Below are positions 39,358 through 51,230 of a stretch of 64,000 bases of DNA, piece after piece. The stretch lies in the NCBI GenBank assembly GCA_009602735.1, contig WELA01003449.1, positions 118,948-182,947 on the forward strand, in the 5' to 3' direction. The stretch is from Mesotaenium endlicherianum. Lineage: Eukaryota. The notes beneath the pieces are model-generated. The model was not told where the DNA came from and ran no database searches. It was given only the letters and a program-made list of their open reading frames with translations. The position numbers and the translations under genes were made by a program. Position 1 is the first letter of the stretch, and every line of letters starts with the position of its first letter.

Positions 39358-41149
39358 NTAGCTCACCTTCAACATTCACGCGCATCGACGTGGTCGTAGC
39401 TGGCCTCGATATCTTTCTTGTTGTTGCTGTTGTGGTCGTGGTAGTCCCCATTGTCTACGTCATCTTGGTTGTTGGTGACATCATTGTCATCATCTCGTCC
39501 TCGAAGATTTCTGACTCCGCTCCTTGAGGACCCCCCTCCAAGTAGAGTGCGACACACGTCGCCCAGGTGTTGCCCACACACGCGTACACATCATGTCAAC
39601 CGGCCTTCCAGAAAGCAATTTGTTGTGCCGTGAAGACATCAGCTTACCCGCTTTTGCATATTGATGATGCTCACAATAACAGGGCAGCCGCTCAAAGCAT
39701 AGGTTGCAGACACTAATAAAATACCAGGCATAACCACCCTGTTACAATATGTTTCAGTAACATGCACATGTGCATTGATAAAGTGACCAATAGGAGTTGC
39801 CAAGAATTAAAAGCACAAAGAGTCCATTTTTCAGTGACCACTTCCATAGCAAGCGGTAGCACAGCAGCACCCACCCTAATCACTGCTTGTCACATTGTTG
39901 CTCAAGCTCCAGAGACTTACACACTAGATTAACTTAAGCCATGATAACTTTTCATAATAGTGAGACCAAAGCAGTGCACGCCATACATGACAACCAAACG
40001 TGCAAGCCATACTTCGCAGCCAAATGTGTAATGTCAAGTTTGCAATTGGACACGCACATTACCATTTACAAGAGCAATTGATGGCAGCCAGAAAAGCTAG
40101 GAATCAAAGCCTGCCAGCAAGCACACATGCAAAGAGTTGCAGAATTGAAGGGCTGGTTGCAAATAGTGCTCACCACGGCCGGCGCGTCATTGGCGCCGCT
40201 CTTCCTCCTCCTTGACAGCACCCACCTCCGCGTGGCAGCCAGAAACGCTTTGCCTTTCTCAAACCACTGCTGGCACTGCTTCTCAGCCAACACGCGACCC
40301 TCCTCCATCACTGCGTCTTGCTCCTCTTCCAAAAGGTTCAAGAAGCATTCTCTCCACGTTTTGTCCTGCACAAGGGCCATCTTGGTCAAGCTGAGGGTAA
40401 CCCTGTCGGGGACGATGTTGTTGTTGTTTTTGCACGCGCGGACCGCCGCCATCTTATGTTTGTCCACTACCATGACAACCCGCACCATCCAATTGAACTC
40501 GGTGTGGCGTCCTTCCCACTTGTTGTCGAACTGCAAAGTCAAAACATCCGCACTCAGATTAGTACTCAATCATCACATACTACACAATTTAATAACTTGC
40601 AAAATAACACACTGTGACAAACTTGCATTGATGTGTGACCACGTAAATTTTGTTACATGCTCAAGAAATGAGACTCAGTAGGATGTCGGATAGTATGCTT
40701 GAATGATAGGCTGCCCTAGGACAAACTTACGTAGTCTGTGATTAGCTTCACCAACGCCTTGTCCTTCGTTGCGCCAGAACCGCACCTTGTCGAGCGTCTT
40801 CCCCAAGGGAAGGCGCCCCTTTTAATCCAGAATCTGCATTAACTCTGTCACGTGTCTCTGCTGCACTTGCTTGTCGTCCAACGCTCCTCCCACCAGGCAC
40901 GTCTCTTGTGCTTGAGAAACAATTTACCGCAAGCTTCACCCTGCCACGAGGGCCCGAAACATTCAATGTGTGGAAAAAGAAAACCCAGATGAAGCCCCCA
41001 TTAAGTAAATTGAACAACAACAGCCTGAGACGCGCGACAAGAATGCAACTAGTCCGCTTCAACTCTCCAGCCAGTACGCAAAGGCAAGCACGTGGGTGCT
41101 AAGGCAGAAAACAATGTAAGATGCAGTAGGCAACAGCTAGAACGCTCGC

Positions 41150-41519
41150 CTCGGCGTGTGCAAGCAGGGGGCAGGCTGCAGCCAGCCCGCCCCCGACAAA
41201 AATGCAAGCAGGGGGCAGGCTACAGCCAGCCCGCCCTGACGAGAGCGAGTAAGGGGCGGGCGGCACAGCCCGCCCCGACGTGTGTACAAGCAGGAGGCGA
41301 GCTGCAGCGAGGCCGGCCCAACAAGAATGCAAGCAGGGGGCAAGCTACAGCCAGCCTGCCCCATCGAGAGCGAGCAAGGGGCGGGCGGCTGCAGCACTGC
41401 ACCAGCCAGCCCGCCCCAACCTGTGCAAGCAGGGTGCAAGCTGCATCCAGCATGCCCCCGACAAAAATACAAGCAGGGGGCAGGCTACAGCCAGCCCGCC
41501 CCAACGAGAGCGAGCAAGG
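41150..41519 (+). repeat. GC-rich minisatellite (~40-bp monomers in ~120-135-bp trimers), left part
   Basis: Repeated TGCAAGCAGGGGGCAGGCT(A/G)CAGCCAGCCCGCCCC and GCGAGCAAGGGGCGGGCGG units; the array resumes after the LTR element. Confidence 0.9.
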
Positions 41520-42402
41520 TGTAACAATCTGAGCTTTTGAGGCGTATTTGTGACGTTTTCCTGATTACCTAAAAAACGTTATACTGTGTATCAATATATT
41601 AATTGATAAATGATTGCATCTTGATATTCGACACACGCGTGCGCTGACTAATTCCTGGTCGATTGGCGAGACGACCAAGATGCTATTGCAAAAAGCATCG
41701 TAAAGTAACTCGATTACTTTGCAATAGTAAGACATAATAATCATAACGTTAGCTTGATTACTTATGAAGGAATAACTTGATTAATCGATGATTAGTTACC
41801 TTATTATGACTTTCCTTATTTTGGATAAAGACTGTCATTGTTTTTGTTTAATGACAATCGTTAACCCGTCAGAAAACACCTTTGAAAGTGGCCCAAGGAA
41901 GCCACCGACAGATTTCGCTATATACATTGTATTATCAAGTATAATACAAAAATACACATAGCGCGGTATTTTGTATTATCAAGTATTATACATATATACA
42001 TATCGCGATATATATATCACGGATATATATTATATTACCAAGAGGCACTATGACACCTACGTAAAGTCATGAGGCTCCTGGCATAAGCCAAGAGTCATTA
42101 CGATACTTCCCAAGGAGAGGATTGTCTCCTTTCACATGTCACGTGAAGAGATAGACCTTTTGGGTTGTCACCTTCAACACGTACAAGTTGTCCTATGACA
42201 ACCCCCTAACGTAGGTGTCGCAGGAGTGCCAAGCACTCAATTGGCTTGCGTTGGTAAGTATAAATACTTGTAGAGCCAATCTCAGTGCTGCTCTGAGAAC
42301 ACTTCTTCTCGTCATTGCATTTTTGTCCAGTTTTCGCACAACTTCTTTCTGAAAATGTTAGAAAAGATCTTTACAATTCTCACGAAACTTAGAATCGTCA
42401 CA
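41520..42402 (+). repeat. 5' LTR
   Basis: TG...CA ends, followed by the PBS; long direct match to 47084-48018. Confidence 0.95.
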
Positions 42403-44869
42403 TTGGTATCGGAGCAAGTCTTTGCTCCACTCAAAAAAGTAGTGAAGAATCGTTCAATTTTGCTTGATTGGTTCAGATTTACAAGGCAAATTATTTTTTT
42501 TTGTCGTGTGCAAACCACTAACTTGAGTTATTGTTGTTTTTTTGCCGAGGTAATCGACGAGGAGACAAGGGGCTTGCTTCAGGACGAATCCCGTCAAATC
42601 TTCAAGAGCCAACCATGTCACCCATGGTCGGCCCAAGAAGACCTGTCGGCAAGCTGGGGGCCTGCTTGGCCTCCTTCTTTTCGTCAACAAGGTCAAGGGG
42701 TGCCTTGGCCCAGGTTGGGTGGCGGGAATAGCCCCGTTACGCTGTCACGTCTACAACGAGGGAGGGACCTTGGTCGACCTTGGTCCCTCGCTCTCGCTTC
42801 TTTTTGACGAGGGGGCCTGTGTGCCTAGTTATGGGATTCGCGTGTAATGGTCCGTGAGTGACGTAAAGCACCACGTATTTCGCCGTAATTTCAAATTACG
42901 CAAAATACGCGTCCCGACGAGGTAAAAACGAATCCTTGGCGGTTTGAAAATGTAACAATGATTTTTTTACTTTCACTACCTCCATATCGTAGCATATTGA
43001 GTCCTCTCCCATTCGCGACCAATCGCGCTCGAAGTTTCCAAGCAATTTGAAAGTTATAAGCCTTGCCAATTTTTTCGAGAATAATGGAAAGACGTAATAC
43101 ACACGTAATCTTATTTTTGACGCGTAATTTCGCGAAACGTATTCGTTTTACGTATTCTCTAAATACGTACTTCATTTCTATGCCTGTGTGGCGCTTTCTT
43201 GTCCGTTTGGTTGTCATCGACCAGAATCAAACGGCCGGGATACGCCCGGGCCGTTCCGATCATTATCAGGAGCCCGTTTTACTCCTTTGCCTCGACAATA
43301 TGGCTGCGGATTTTCCGCGGGCCATAACTCTACCTTATATATATTTCATAGGAGGGGGGGAGGTTCTGCGTTTCCTCTCGCCCTCCCTCTTCTTCCTTTA
43401 TTGGTCACGGAGGTCTGTGTGGCGCCCGCTGGCCCGTTCAATTCTACGATTGGCATCGCACAGGCCGCAAAGCCATTTATTTCCCATCCATCCCACCCAC
43501 GTTGTGTTCGTTTGTGCTATGCGCATCTTTTGACACAACTGACGAGCTCTTTGCCCAAAGGTCTTTTCATGACATTGTCGAAATTGTAGTCATTCTACGA
43601 GAATTAACTCCTTTGGGCATATTTTGGATTGACCGCAGAGCACATTTGATTTTGACATGTTTTGACTTACGATTCTTTGAGATTGTTGATTCTTTCACCT
43701 TCTCTTTCTACATCCTTTGGCATGATGCTTTTGCATCTGATTCATCTTGTCAATTTGTGACTCGACCCTCTCACATGGATTTGAGCTTGAAAGCAATAAG
43801 AAAGCCACCCCGCTTATCACAACGCTCACTCGAATCATTTCAAGGATGGCATCGCATTTTACTTGATAAAGTGCCAAATTCTTGTGTTTTTGTTTGACAA
43901 TCGACAAAAATCTGCATATTTTGGCGATTTTCCTTTTTCGCATTGTCAATTTGTTCTTATGTTTTAGTGCTGGTTGATGCACTTCAAGAGCGTTAGGTTG
44001 CGACCTCTCGAGTTCAGACTTGTTGTGTTTGCATATGGTTGTGTAGCCTCCACATGCGACATTGAGTGCGCTCATTTGTCGTACAAAGGGATCACAAGAG
44101 TTGTGCGCGTTTGGCACTGTCATATGCCCTAGTTATACTTGAGAAGCTTGGCCTCGCTATTACGTCCGACGTAATCGAGCGTTGTCCAAATGGTCTCCAG
44201 TTATCCAATGATTTTAGAAGTCGTCATCTTGTACGGCCCCACTTTGTGGCATACTTTGGATGCCTTTCGATTTCTTAACGTCTGTTCGCATGCGTTCCAT
44301 AAAGATGTGTATCCTAGTTATATTCCCATTTGGAATATACGAAACGCTAGTGGTGCGTTGATAGGATACGAATACCATTCCGGTTAACATAGGATGCGAT
44401 TGCACTGTTGTAGCCTGTAGGTGCATAACATCAGACAGACTCCGATGGGCCCTTCATACACTCGTTTGTGACGTTCTCTGTGATTTGGTCACATATGTCA
44501 CCAGATTTTGCTTATGAACGACGTTGTGATACGTTCACTTCGCCAGATGCGCATTGTTGTACTGGGACATGTTGAAAGGTCGTAGATGCGTCTACACCAG
44601 GCCAACCTTGCATGTGCGCAATATGGCCTGTTCCCGTCTGTACTCCATGCGTGTTCATTCCTTTGATTTGCAAGATACTTCATGAGTATTTGCAACAAGC
44701 TCTCAGTATTGGCTTTGCCATATACTACTCTTTCAAGGATGAACGTATCGTTTATTTGGGAAATGATAAAATGCATTTTGCGTTTGAGCGCATTACGTAT
44801 GTCCTCACCCTTACGCTCGTTCTCACATTGGCCGATCCAAACCTGCTTACGGAGCAGTAGAGGATGCGT

Positions 44870-46750
44870 CTCGTGTTGAGAAAGGGGCTCTTCTGCTGCA
44901 GGCAGGCACGCCTATCGATTTTGAGAGTCGAAAGCTAATACCTGCCTAACTCAAGCAATTGTATACGCCTTGAAACATTTGGCGAGATTATTTAGAAGGC
45001 TACAAGGGTTTGCCAGTGGTTACGGATCACTGCTCAAATACCTTCTTCCAAATTCAGCCAACGCTATCGAGGAGACAGACGAGATGGTCTGAGTTCTTGC
45101 AACGATTCTACTTTGAGTGGGCATATTGCCCAGGCCGCAACAATGTTTGCGATCCTCTAAGTTGAATTCCTCATCACCACTAGATGTTGGGGATTGTTGC
45201 TAGCTTGCAAGAACAAAATGGTCAAGTTCGAGGGCGGCCACCCTTGATTCTGCTGTATACCCCCAGACGTCTGACCGCAACCAGCCTGGTGATGCGGACA
45301 CATGCGTAACTTGGAAGTACTTGACTTGCATCACCTATTTCATGAGGGCTATCTCAAAGGTCCGTTTTTCCTAGTTCTCCAAGGTATTGGCTTGAACAGT
45401 GTAACCATAACGATGGGCAATATGGACAAAAGGAACAAACACTTAAACTGTAAGTCTAAGAACGCTTTTTGGTGACACAATGGGCGCATTGTGGTCCCAG
45501 AAGGCCAAGTGAAATATGTGCTACTACGCGAAGCGCATGACTCTCCTTACTTGGGTCATTATGGATTTACCAAAACCACACACGCTTGCGCCGAGAGTAC
45601 ATTTGGCCGTCTCTCAAAGGTTGGTGTTGCCGAGTACACCACCAACTGCGCAATATGTCAGAGGAATAAACCGAGCAATACGTTGCCGGCTGGGAAGTTG
45701 CAACCATTGGACCTTGGATGTGCTCCTTGGTAAAGCATGAACCTTGACGTTGTCATGGAATTGCCTACCACTGATACAGGACACAATAGGGTGTTAACGA
45801 TCGTGGATCGTTTACTAAGGTGGTGCACTTAGGTGGCCACTAACCATCACTTGATGCAATCGAGAATGCTCGTCTCTTTATTGATGACGTGTTCAAGTTG
45901 CCTGGCATGCCAAACAAGATCAAAGTGATCGTGACAGTAGATTTACAAGCCACTTCTGGCAGGAAGTTTGCTCGTACTTCGACACGAAAATTAAAATACT
46001 ATTAGCTTCCATCCTCAGATCGATGATCCGAACAAAACAGCTAAACCGAGTTCTGTAATTTCCTTGAGCAATATGTGGATCCTCACTAAGCCAACCGAGA
46101 CACCCTCCTTTCAATTGCAGAGGTCACAATTGATAATCCTTATCAGGTCCGATTTAAGGAAATTACGTTTTTCTGTATGGAAGACATCCGCACACTCCTC
46201 TCACGCGCTCGGTCCCCGGTGAGGCGGGGATGTCAACCATATGAGTACCAAGTGCACGCCAATTTGTCCAATCTTTGCAAGAGATGCACGAACAAGCGTT
46301 GGTTTTGGCCGTTGCTCAAGATCGACAGAACAAGTTTGCTGACACGCACAGGATTGATTTGAGTTTTTAAGTTGGCAATAAAGTACTTTTGCAACTTAAA
46401 ATCTTCAACTCAAGCACCCAGCTTCTGCTTCGTTGGGTAAGCCCTTTTATCGTTTTTGCAAAAGTTTGACCTGTTGCATAACGACTGGATTTGCAAATCC
46501 ACGGGGCGAACGCATCCTGTGTTTCATGTCAATTTACTCAAGCTGTTTAGGTCTGACGGCCATTCTTAGCCACAAGCACCGGAATCGGAACTCGCCAATG
46601 ATCATACTCAAGCTGTTTAGGTCTGACGGCCATTCTTAGCCACAAGCACCGGAAATGGAACTCGCCTATGATCATAAGGCCTGGAATGTAGAGGACGTCT
46701 TAGGACATTGCGACACCCGTCATAAGCCTCTCAAAAGAGCTTTTGATCAC
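44870..46750 (+). pseudogene. Gypsy pol remnant: RNase H, integrase, GPY/F and chromodomain-like parts, heavily disrupted
   Basis: Fragments in order: GALLLQAGTPIDFESRKLIPA; VVTDH..LSRRQTRWSEFLQRF..YCPGRNNVCDPLS; REAHDSPYLGHYGFTKT..CAICQRNKP (HHCC zinc finger); LDVVMELPTT..VLTIVDRL; SDRDSRFTSHFWQEV; HPVFHVNLLK; WNVEDVLGH. The RNase H then integrase order is gypsy-type. Confidence 0.85.
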
Positions 46751-47083
46751 ATGTCCCGATTACGACTCCAATTGGGACTTGTACGAACTTCAGGACAACA
46801 TCCTACTACATTGTAGTGACCTGGTTCAAACAGTATTGGTTATGATGGGCTTTCACCCAGCAAGCTCTGTACCACGGCAAGTGTGCTACCCGGTACAAGT
46901 CGAAATGCAATGAACAAATGCGAAAGATACGAGCGCAAATATTTGCTCTTTTCCGTCCCTGTGATGATGCAAAGTCCATTCGCTCACATTGTGTTTTTCG
47001 CTAGCTAAGGCAAGTATTGACACCACCCGACTTAAAAGACGTACGCTTAACGAGGACTTTAAGTTCTTTTGAGAAGAGAGGAG

Positions 47084-48018
47084 TGTAACGATCTGAGCTT
47101 TTTAGGCGTATTTGGGACGTTTTCCTAATTACATAAAAAATGTTATACTGCTTATCAATATATTAATTGATAAATGATTGCATCTTGATATTCAACACAC
47201 GCGTGTGCTGACTAAATCCTGGTCGATTGGCGAGACGACCAAGATGCTATTGCAAAAAGCATCGTAAAGTAACTCGATTACTTCGCAATAGTAAGACATA
47301 ATTTAATAATAACGTTAGCTTGATTACTTATGAAGGAATAACTTGATTAATTGATAACTAGTTACCTTATTATGACTTTTATTATTTCGGATAAAGATTC
47401 TCATTGTTTTGTTTAACGACAGTCGTTAACCCGTAAGAAAACACCTTTGAAAGTGGTCCAAGGGAGCCACCGACAGATTTTGCAATATACATTGTATTAT
47501 CAAGTATAATACAAAAGTACATAGCGCGGTATTTTGTATCATCAAGTATAATACATATATACATATCGCGATACATAATATATATTACGGATATATATGA
47601 TATTATCAAGAGGCACTATGACACCTACGTAAAGTTATGAGGCTCCTGGCATAAGCCAAGAGTCATAACGAAACTTTCCAAGGAGAGATTTGTCTCCTCT
47701 CACATGTCACGTGAAGAGGTAGATCTTTTAGGTTGTGACAGGTTTGTCTCCTTTCACATGTCACGTGAAGACTTTTTGGGTTGTCACGTTCAATAGGTAG
47801 AAGTTGTCCTGTCACAATCCCCTAACATAGGTGTCACAGGATTGCCAAGCACTCAACTAACTCGCGTTGGCAAGTATAAATACTTGCAAGGCCGATCTCA
47901 GTGCAACCCTGAGAACACCTCTTCTTGTTATTGCATTTTTGTCCAATTTTCGCATGATTTCTTTCTGAAAAGATTAGAAAAGATCTTCACAATTTTCACG
48001 AAAGTTAGAATCGTTACA
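47084..48018 (+). repeat. 3' LTR (contains an ~50-bp internal duplication near 47690-47770)
   Basis: Preceded by the PPT, TG...CA ends, followed by the TSD. Confidence 0.95.
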
Positions 48019-48832
48019 CAAGGGGCGAGCGGCACAGCCCGCCCCAATGTGTGTGCAAGCAGGGGGCGGGCTGCAGCGAGCCCGCCCCAACAAAAATGCA
48101 AGCAGGGGGCAGGCTACAGCTAGCCTGCCCCAACAAAAGCGGGCAAGGGGCGGGCGGTTGCAGCACTACAACAGCCAGCCCGGCCCAACGTGTGCAAGTA
48201 GGGGGCAGGTTGCAGACAGCCTGCCCCGACAAAAAAGCAAACAGGGGGCAGGCTAAAGCTAACCCGCCCCGACAAAAGCGAGCAAGGGGCGGGCGGCAGA
48301 GCCCGCCTCGACGTGTGCAAGCAATGGGCAAGCTGCAGCGAGCTCGCCACCACAGGAGTGCAAGCAGGGGGCAGACTACAGCTAGCCCGTCCCGACAAAA
48401 GCAAGCAAGGGGCGAGCGGCTGCGGAATTGCAGCAGACAGCCCGTCCCAACGTGTGCAAGCAGGGGGCAGGCTGCAGCGAGACCGCCCCACAGAAACGCA
48501 AGCAAGGGACAGGCTACAACTAGGCCACCCCAACAAAAGCGAGCAAGGGGCGGACGGCTGCGGCATCGCAGCAAACAGTCCGTCCCGACGCGTGCAAGCA
48601 GGGGGCAAGCTGCAACGAGACCGCCCCACAAAAACGCAAGCAGGGGGCAGGCTACAGTTAGCCCACCTCGACGAAAGCGAGCAAGGGGCGGGCGGCTGCA
48701 ACGCTGCAGCAGACAGCCCGTCCCAACGTGTGCAAGCAGGGGGTAGGCTGCAGCAAGCTTGCCCCAGAGAAATGCAAGCAGGGGGTAGGCTACAGCCAGC
48801 GCGCCCCGACGAAAGCAAGCAAGGGGCCGACG
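48019..48832 (+). repeat. GC-rich minisatellite, right part (~6 higher-order units)
   Basis: Same monomers as 41150-41519, continuing in register across the LTR insertion (GCGAG-CAAGG|LTR|CAAGG-GGCG). Confidence 0.92.
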
Positions 48833-50156
48833 GCTTTGTTGCATTTTTCAAAATCAGTTGATTATGCACTATAAAGGAAGAAATAACAAGCTCTACTTTA
48901 ACAAGAGGTAATGAATAGAGATTTGCAAGCTCATCATATGAAGAAGTCAAAGCAACCGGCGTCAGGTACGTACCACGTAGTAGACTAATGAGCTCTTGCC
49001 TCGGGTTTGCTTTGGCTCCTCAGAGGCCAGGTTGACAACTTCAACCCTACTCATCTCCTCAAGACAGCTCCCTTCAGTGTCACAACCCCGCATACTACGT
49101 TTGACACCGTCTGCAATATCTGATCGTGTTTATTTTCCAATAACGACAAGAATTTTTGTTTTATCACCTTGCACAACTTCTGGAATCTGCTCCATCATCG
49201 CTGCTAGCCTCTCTTTCATCGCCCCAAATTTACACGACGCCAATCATGCGACCTATTTCACTCTCAATCTTGCTCACGATGGATTCACTCACTACAGTAT
49301 CGAGTGAAGTGAGGTCGTCTGTTGCTTTATTGTCATGCGATGTTACACCCGACCCCGCATTCACATTCAGTTCGTACAAAGGCAATGTCGATGGGTGCCT
49401 CATCATAGAGATCCCGCATGCTATGTTCATGACCCCCCTTTGTAGCTTTCTTAGCACCTTGAGGGGGAATGTACAGGCATCAAGTACTGGACAGGCATCA
49501 AGTTCACTTACTTATGTCAACCCGCATGGAGTAGACGGTTCATCACAGTTACATCCACTTACTTGTGTCAGTCGGGAGCTTGTATCCTTGCAACTCGTTC
49601 CATGGACACATTGCTGGGACTAAATAGTTTGCCGGGTAGTAGACTTCGTTGGGACAAGACGCCTGAGGCCTGGCAAGTATTGGAGGGTTGTGTTAGGGTG
49701 GGTACTATTGGCCGCTGGTTCCCTCCGAGTGTTTGAACTAGAAAACTCAGCGTTATTGTCACATAAATTGAGCTTCACATAACCATAGTAAAGTACAACG
49801 AACTTCGAGTCTTAGAATTAACATGCACATCATAGCTGCTCCATTGCTAGGCTGAAGACATTCCCTGGCCGACACTTTCTTCACGCTGCGTGCTCTCCTC
49901 GAACCAGTGGAAAGAGGAAGCGACGCTGGTGCGCTTCTCATGCAGCAGATTGCCGGTAGCACACTCCGTCCTCAATCTCGGGATCTCGACTATCATCTCT
50001 CCTTGAAATGAATCTTGCTTATTCAAGATAAATGTATTTTGTTTAAATATATATAAAATCAGAGATAGGTGGAAGAGTGTAAAAATCAGGGAGCGATCTT
50101 CGCCCTTATAGTGAATTTCGTTTACCCATCTATATCCCTTGACTCACTTACCGTAG

Positions 50157-51230
50157 TGTGCCATAGTTGCACACTAACACAAGGCACAAGAAAGAGGCGA
50201 GTTTGAGGACTAGAGCTTCTCCTTAGAAACTCATGGCCTCTTGCCTACCAGGCATACAAGCATGTATAAGCACATACACAACATCAGGGGACTGAATAGC
50301 AAAGGCGCTCTCATTCAGATGACCATAAAGTAGCTAAAACACATCCCACTGACTTAGGTGCAAAACCATGAACTATGTCCGCTATGTGACCCCGAAATGT
50401 CAGAGAGCATAACTCTGTTAATACTACTCCAAATTGAGCAAACTTAACGGCAACGGACGCATCTTAACAAGACCTTTCCAGAAAGTCCTAGTTTTCTCCA
50501 TTTGAAGCGCAGACAAAGCGGCCATGTCAATTTCCGTGAAGGCTGGTCATTAGAACAAACCCAAAAGTGCACACATGACTTGCAAGTAGAAATTTGACTG
50601 TAAAGCCCACTGTCCAGAATGAGGGACCACGAGATCCCAGTTTGCTATGTATCTAGTGACCACCTGGTTGACCACGGCGCAAGGTGCGCCGATTCGTGGA
50701 AAGCCCGTTAAGTTGGGACCCACGGATCTAGGTATAACGACCATATTAATTGGTCGGTTGACTGAAGTCCTAACTGTTCAATTAATTGACAACGGCTCCG
50801 CCTACCCAGGTCTCAACCACACTGGTAGGACATCGATTTACCGAATCTCAGTTGACCTCCCGACTTTCAGTATACTACGGTCACATGTGCTAATCTACAA
50901 ATAATATTCTAAATGAATGCATCTATCCTCAGCGTACTGGGTCCAAGTATATTGACTATCCTTATACGAGCTTACTCCATATCAACGTACTGATAATATG
51001 TCCTACATATGTACAGGCAATTTCAGCAAACTATACTCTAATATAACACAAAAGTCATCTTGTTGACCTTTTCGACAAAGTCAAGGAACATTCATTTAGA
51101 TGAACTCGCACATGTGAGTATATTGACATAAAACTTATTTAGTGTTATATTTATATATGCAATTATTAAAATAAATAATGAATTGATTCATTACAATCTC
51201 CCCAACTTAAATTGTTGTCGCCTCGACAAC
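50157..51230 (-). mobile_element. Second, unrelated gypsy-type LTR fragment (PPT plus 3' LTR, minus strand); left boundary approximate
   Basis: The minus strand reads gttgtcgaggcgacaacaatttaagttggggagat|TGTAAtgaatc with the LTR starting at 51195. This resembles the pre-PPT/PPT/TG junction of plant gypsy elements. No partner LTR is seen in the window. Confidence 0.5.

Larger units (their letters stand above)
41520..48018 (+). mobile_element. Ty3/gypsy (chromovirus-like) LTR retrotransposon, decayed and non-autonomous, both ends intact
   Basis: 5' LTR 41520-42402 (TGTAAC..GTCACA) and 3' LTR 47084-48018 (TGTAAC..GTTACA). PBS TGGTATCGGAGC (tRNA-iMet type) at 42404-42415, PPT GAGAAGAGAGGAG at 47071-47083, 5-bp TSD CAAGG at 41515-41519 and 48019-48023. 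Confidence 0.95.
39369..49960 (-). pseudogene. Decayed multi-exon gene of unknown function, copy B (inverted paralogue of copy A), with an intron holding the minisatellite and LTR element
   Basis: Minus-strand blocks at ~49470-48970 (QGAK.KLQRG..TDDLTSL..IGRMIGVV..EGSCLEEMSRVEVVNLAS), exon 40940-40731 (GEACGKLFLKHK/TCLVGGALDD..HVTELMQIL..LVKLI; 210 nt, the same length as the copy A exon), exon 40530-40226 (FDNKWEGRHTEFNWMVRVV..AVRAC) and an acidic tail near 39530-39370. Frameshifts and stops are present. Confidence 0.65.

Noticed and set aside
48014..48950. Long overlapping ORFs (180-276 aa) on both strands, also at 41092-41540
   Set aside because: These are read-throughs of a stop-poor GC-rich minisatellite, not genes.
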